64,000 nt of DNA, taken from NCBI RefSeq assembly GCF_004010195.1, contig NC_057757.1:9915768-9979767 (forward strand), given 5' to 3'. The position numbers and the translations under genes are program-made. Under the pieces are notes generated by a model, which ran no database searches, was not told the DNA's origin, and saw only the letters and a list, made by a program, of their open reading frames with translations. This stretch comes from Chiloscyllium plagiosum. Taxonomy: Eukaryota. Positions 62,536 through 64,000 of the stretch are shown here, one piece after another; position 1 is the first letter of the stretch, and each line of letters begins with the position of its first letter.

Positions 62536-63194
62536 CAGAGTTTAGACTAGCTTAACCAAAGTCTGTAGCAGATTCGATTGTATCACTTAACCAGCGTCCT
62601 AGCTATTTCCCCTGCTGGCCACCTGACCGCATCCCCATTGTCTTTCCTGAGTGAACGTTCCTTTTCTTAAAGGAAGTAAAGCTGAGGTAAAATAGTTTAC
62701 TTATTGCATAGAATCTACCAACAACAACTCTGGAGACTGTCTGATGAAGAGGCTCCTTGCAGTGTAGGAAGTCAGACCACTTACAGAGAAGCAGGAACAA
62801 AACTTCATTCTAGTTCAATCATCAGTGGATGTAAATGAGGCTCAAAGTAATCCTGCAGCTCAACAAATTGGCCACAGTATGAGATCTCTTGGATTATGGA
62901 GTTAGAGACAGGTCTTCAATTACAAGACAGTGGTCTCACAGCTCTGACGTAGATTCATGAACACGGATGCTTTGAGCAGGGTGGAAAACACCTGACCTGC
63001 ATCAACGGAAGGTAAACTTTCTGCAACCTATCTTTCCAATCATGGAAAGAAAGCATTAATACAAATTTGATATATTTGGAGAATTACTTTAAACTTCAGG
63101 AAAGACCCATCAAGAAGAAATCAATGACTACAAGGAGAAAGGAAGTGGCTAAACAAGATACAGGACATGCTCAAGTCCAAATTTGGATCATGGG

Positions 63195-63535
63195 GTTGGG
63201 ACAGTGGCTTAGTGGTTCACATTGCTGCCTCACAGCGCCAGGGAGCCGGGTTCTATTCCACCTTCAGGCTACTGTCTGTGTGGAGTTTTTGCACATTCTA
63301 CCCATGTCTGTGTGGGTTCCTTCTGGATGCTCTGATTTCCTCCCACAGCCTAAAGATGTGCAGGTTAGGGTGGATTGACCATGGTTAATTTGTCACATTG
63401 TGTCCATGGACGTGCAGGTGAGATGGATTGGCCATGGGAAATGCAGAGTTACAGGTATGAGTATGGGTGGGGTGCTCTTTGGAGGGTCAGGGTGGATTCG
63501 ATGGGCTGAATGGCCTGCTTCCATGCTGTAGTGAT
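63195..63535 (+). mobile_element. Older V-SINE variant
   Basis: GTGGCTTAGTGGTT..GGGTTCTATTCC head, V domain and CR1-type tail. Confidence 0.85.
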
Positions 63536-64000
63536 TCTTCGAAACAGCCAACATTTAGAAAATCAATAAGCAGTGTAACTGGCAGCCATCACATTAACAG
63601 GGTATTTACCCACCTGGGACTTTTTAAAAAGCTGTCAAACTGGGGGAGCACGTTATCAAGCTTCAGGGGTGCACAATGCCTTTTTGGAGACTAGATTTGT
63701 GTATCTGAAAGAGCTTGATTTGACATAGTTTTAACAACTGAAGTAGGCTAACCACGTTAAAGGGAGTGCTGATCACAAAAGCCCCACTCGCTGCCCTCTC
63801 ACAACGCAGCAAACCATGGGCACTTCACAAAAAGAAGCTTCCAAGTTGAATGTCACAGATATCTGACAGACATCATCAATGTTCTCATGCAATTAATATC
63901 ACAAAGAGACACAAAGAGATGGATGATTGATGGATGACATGGAAATGTTCAGATCTCTAAAGGGGGGTGAAATTTTCCCTCAGGTAATGGCTTACAGCGA

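Noticed and set aside
62810..63015. Possible host exon between TTCTAG and AAG/GTAAAC
   Set aside because: The best frame hits a stop codon, the donor is weak and no homology is recognisable.

Overview
This is repeat-dense, apparently non-coding (intronic or intergenic) DNA from a cartilaginous fish. The HE1/V-SINE, DeuSINE and HER1-like CR1 repeats point to a shark, probably a carpet or bamboo shark (inference). I found no host protein-coding exon that I can support. Most of the window is decayed, nested retroelements: one 5'-complete L1-clade element (301-4446, minus), about 25 CR1 LINE fragments, Rex1/Babar, L2 and Tx1 fragments, probable solo LTRs, Tigger-like MITEs and several SINE families. 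The most notable signal is about 20 Penelope-like element (PLE) derivatives from at least three families. Many carry a minimal hammerhead ribozyme core (CTGANGA-stem II-GAAA-palindromic stem III). They share one insertion architecture: an 11-17 bp direct target duplication, an inverted terminal arm, and an unpaired tail of about 33-40 nt. Several are tiny non-coding hairpins with ribozyme motifs on both strands. Other points of interest are a YY1-containing tandem-monomer L1 promoter, a CpG-rich sequence fused to a SINE, and several repeat-free AT-rich islands that look like conserved enhancers. All calls were made by eye, so repeat boundaries are approximate unless a target-site duplication (TSD) is quoted.
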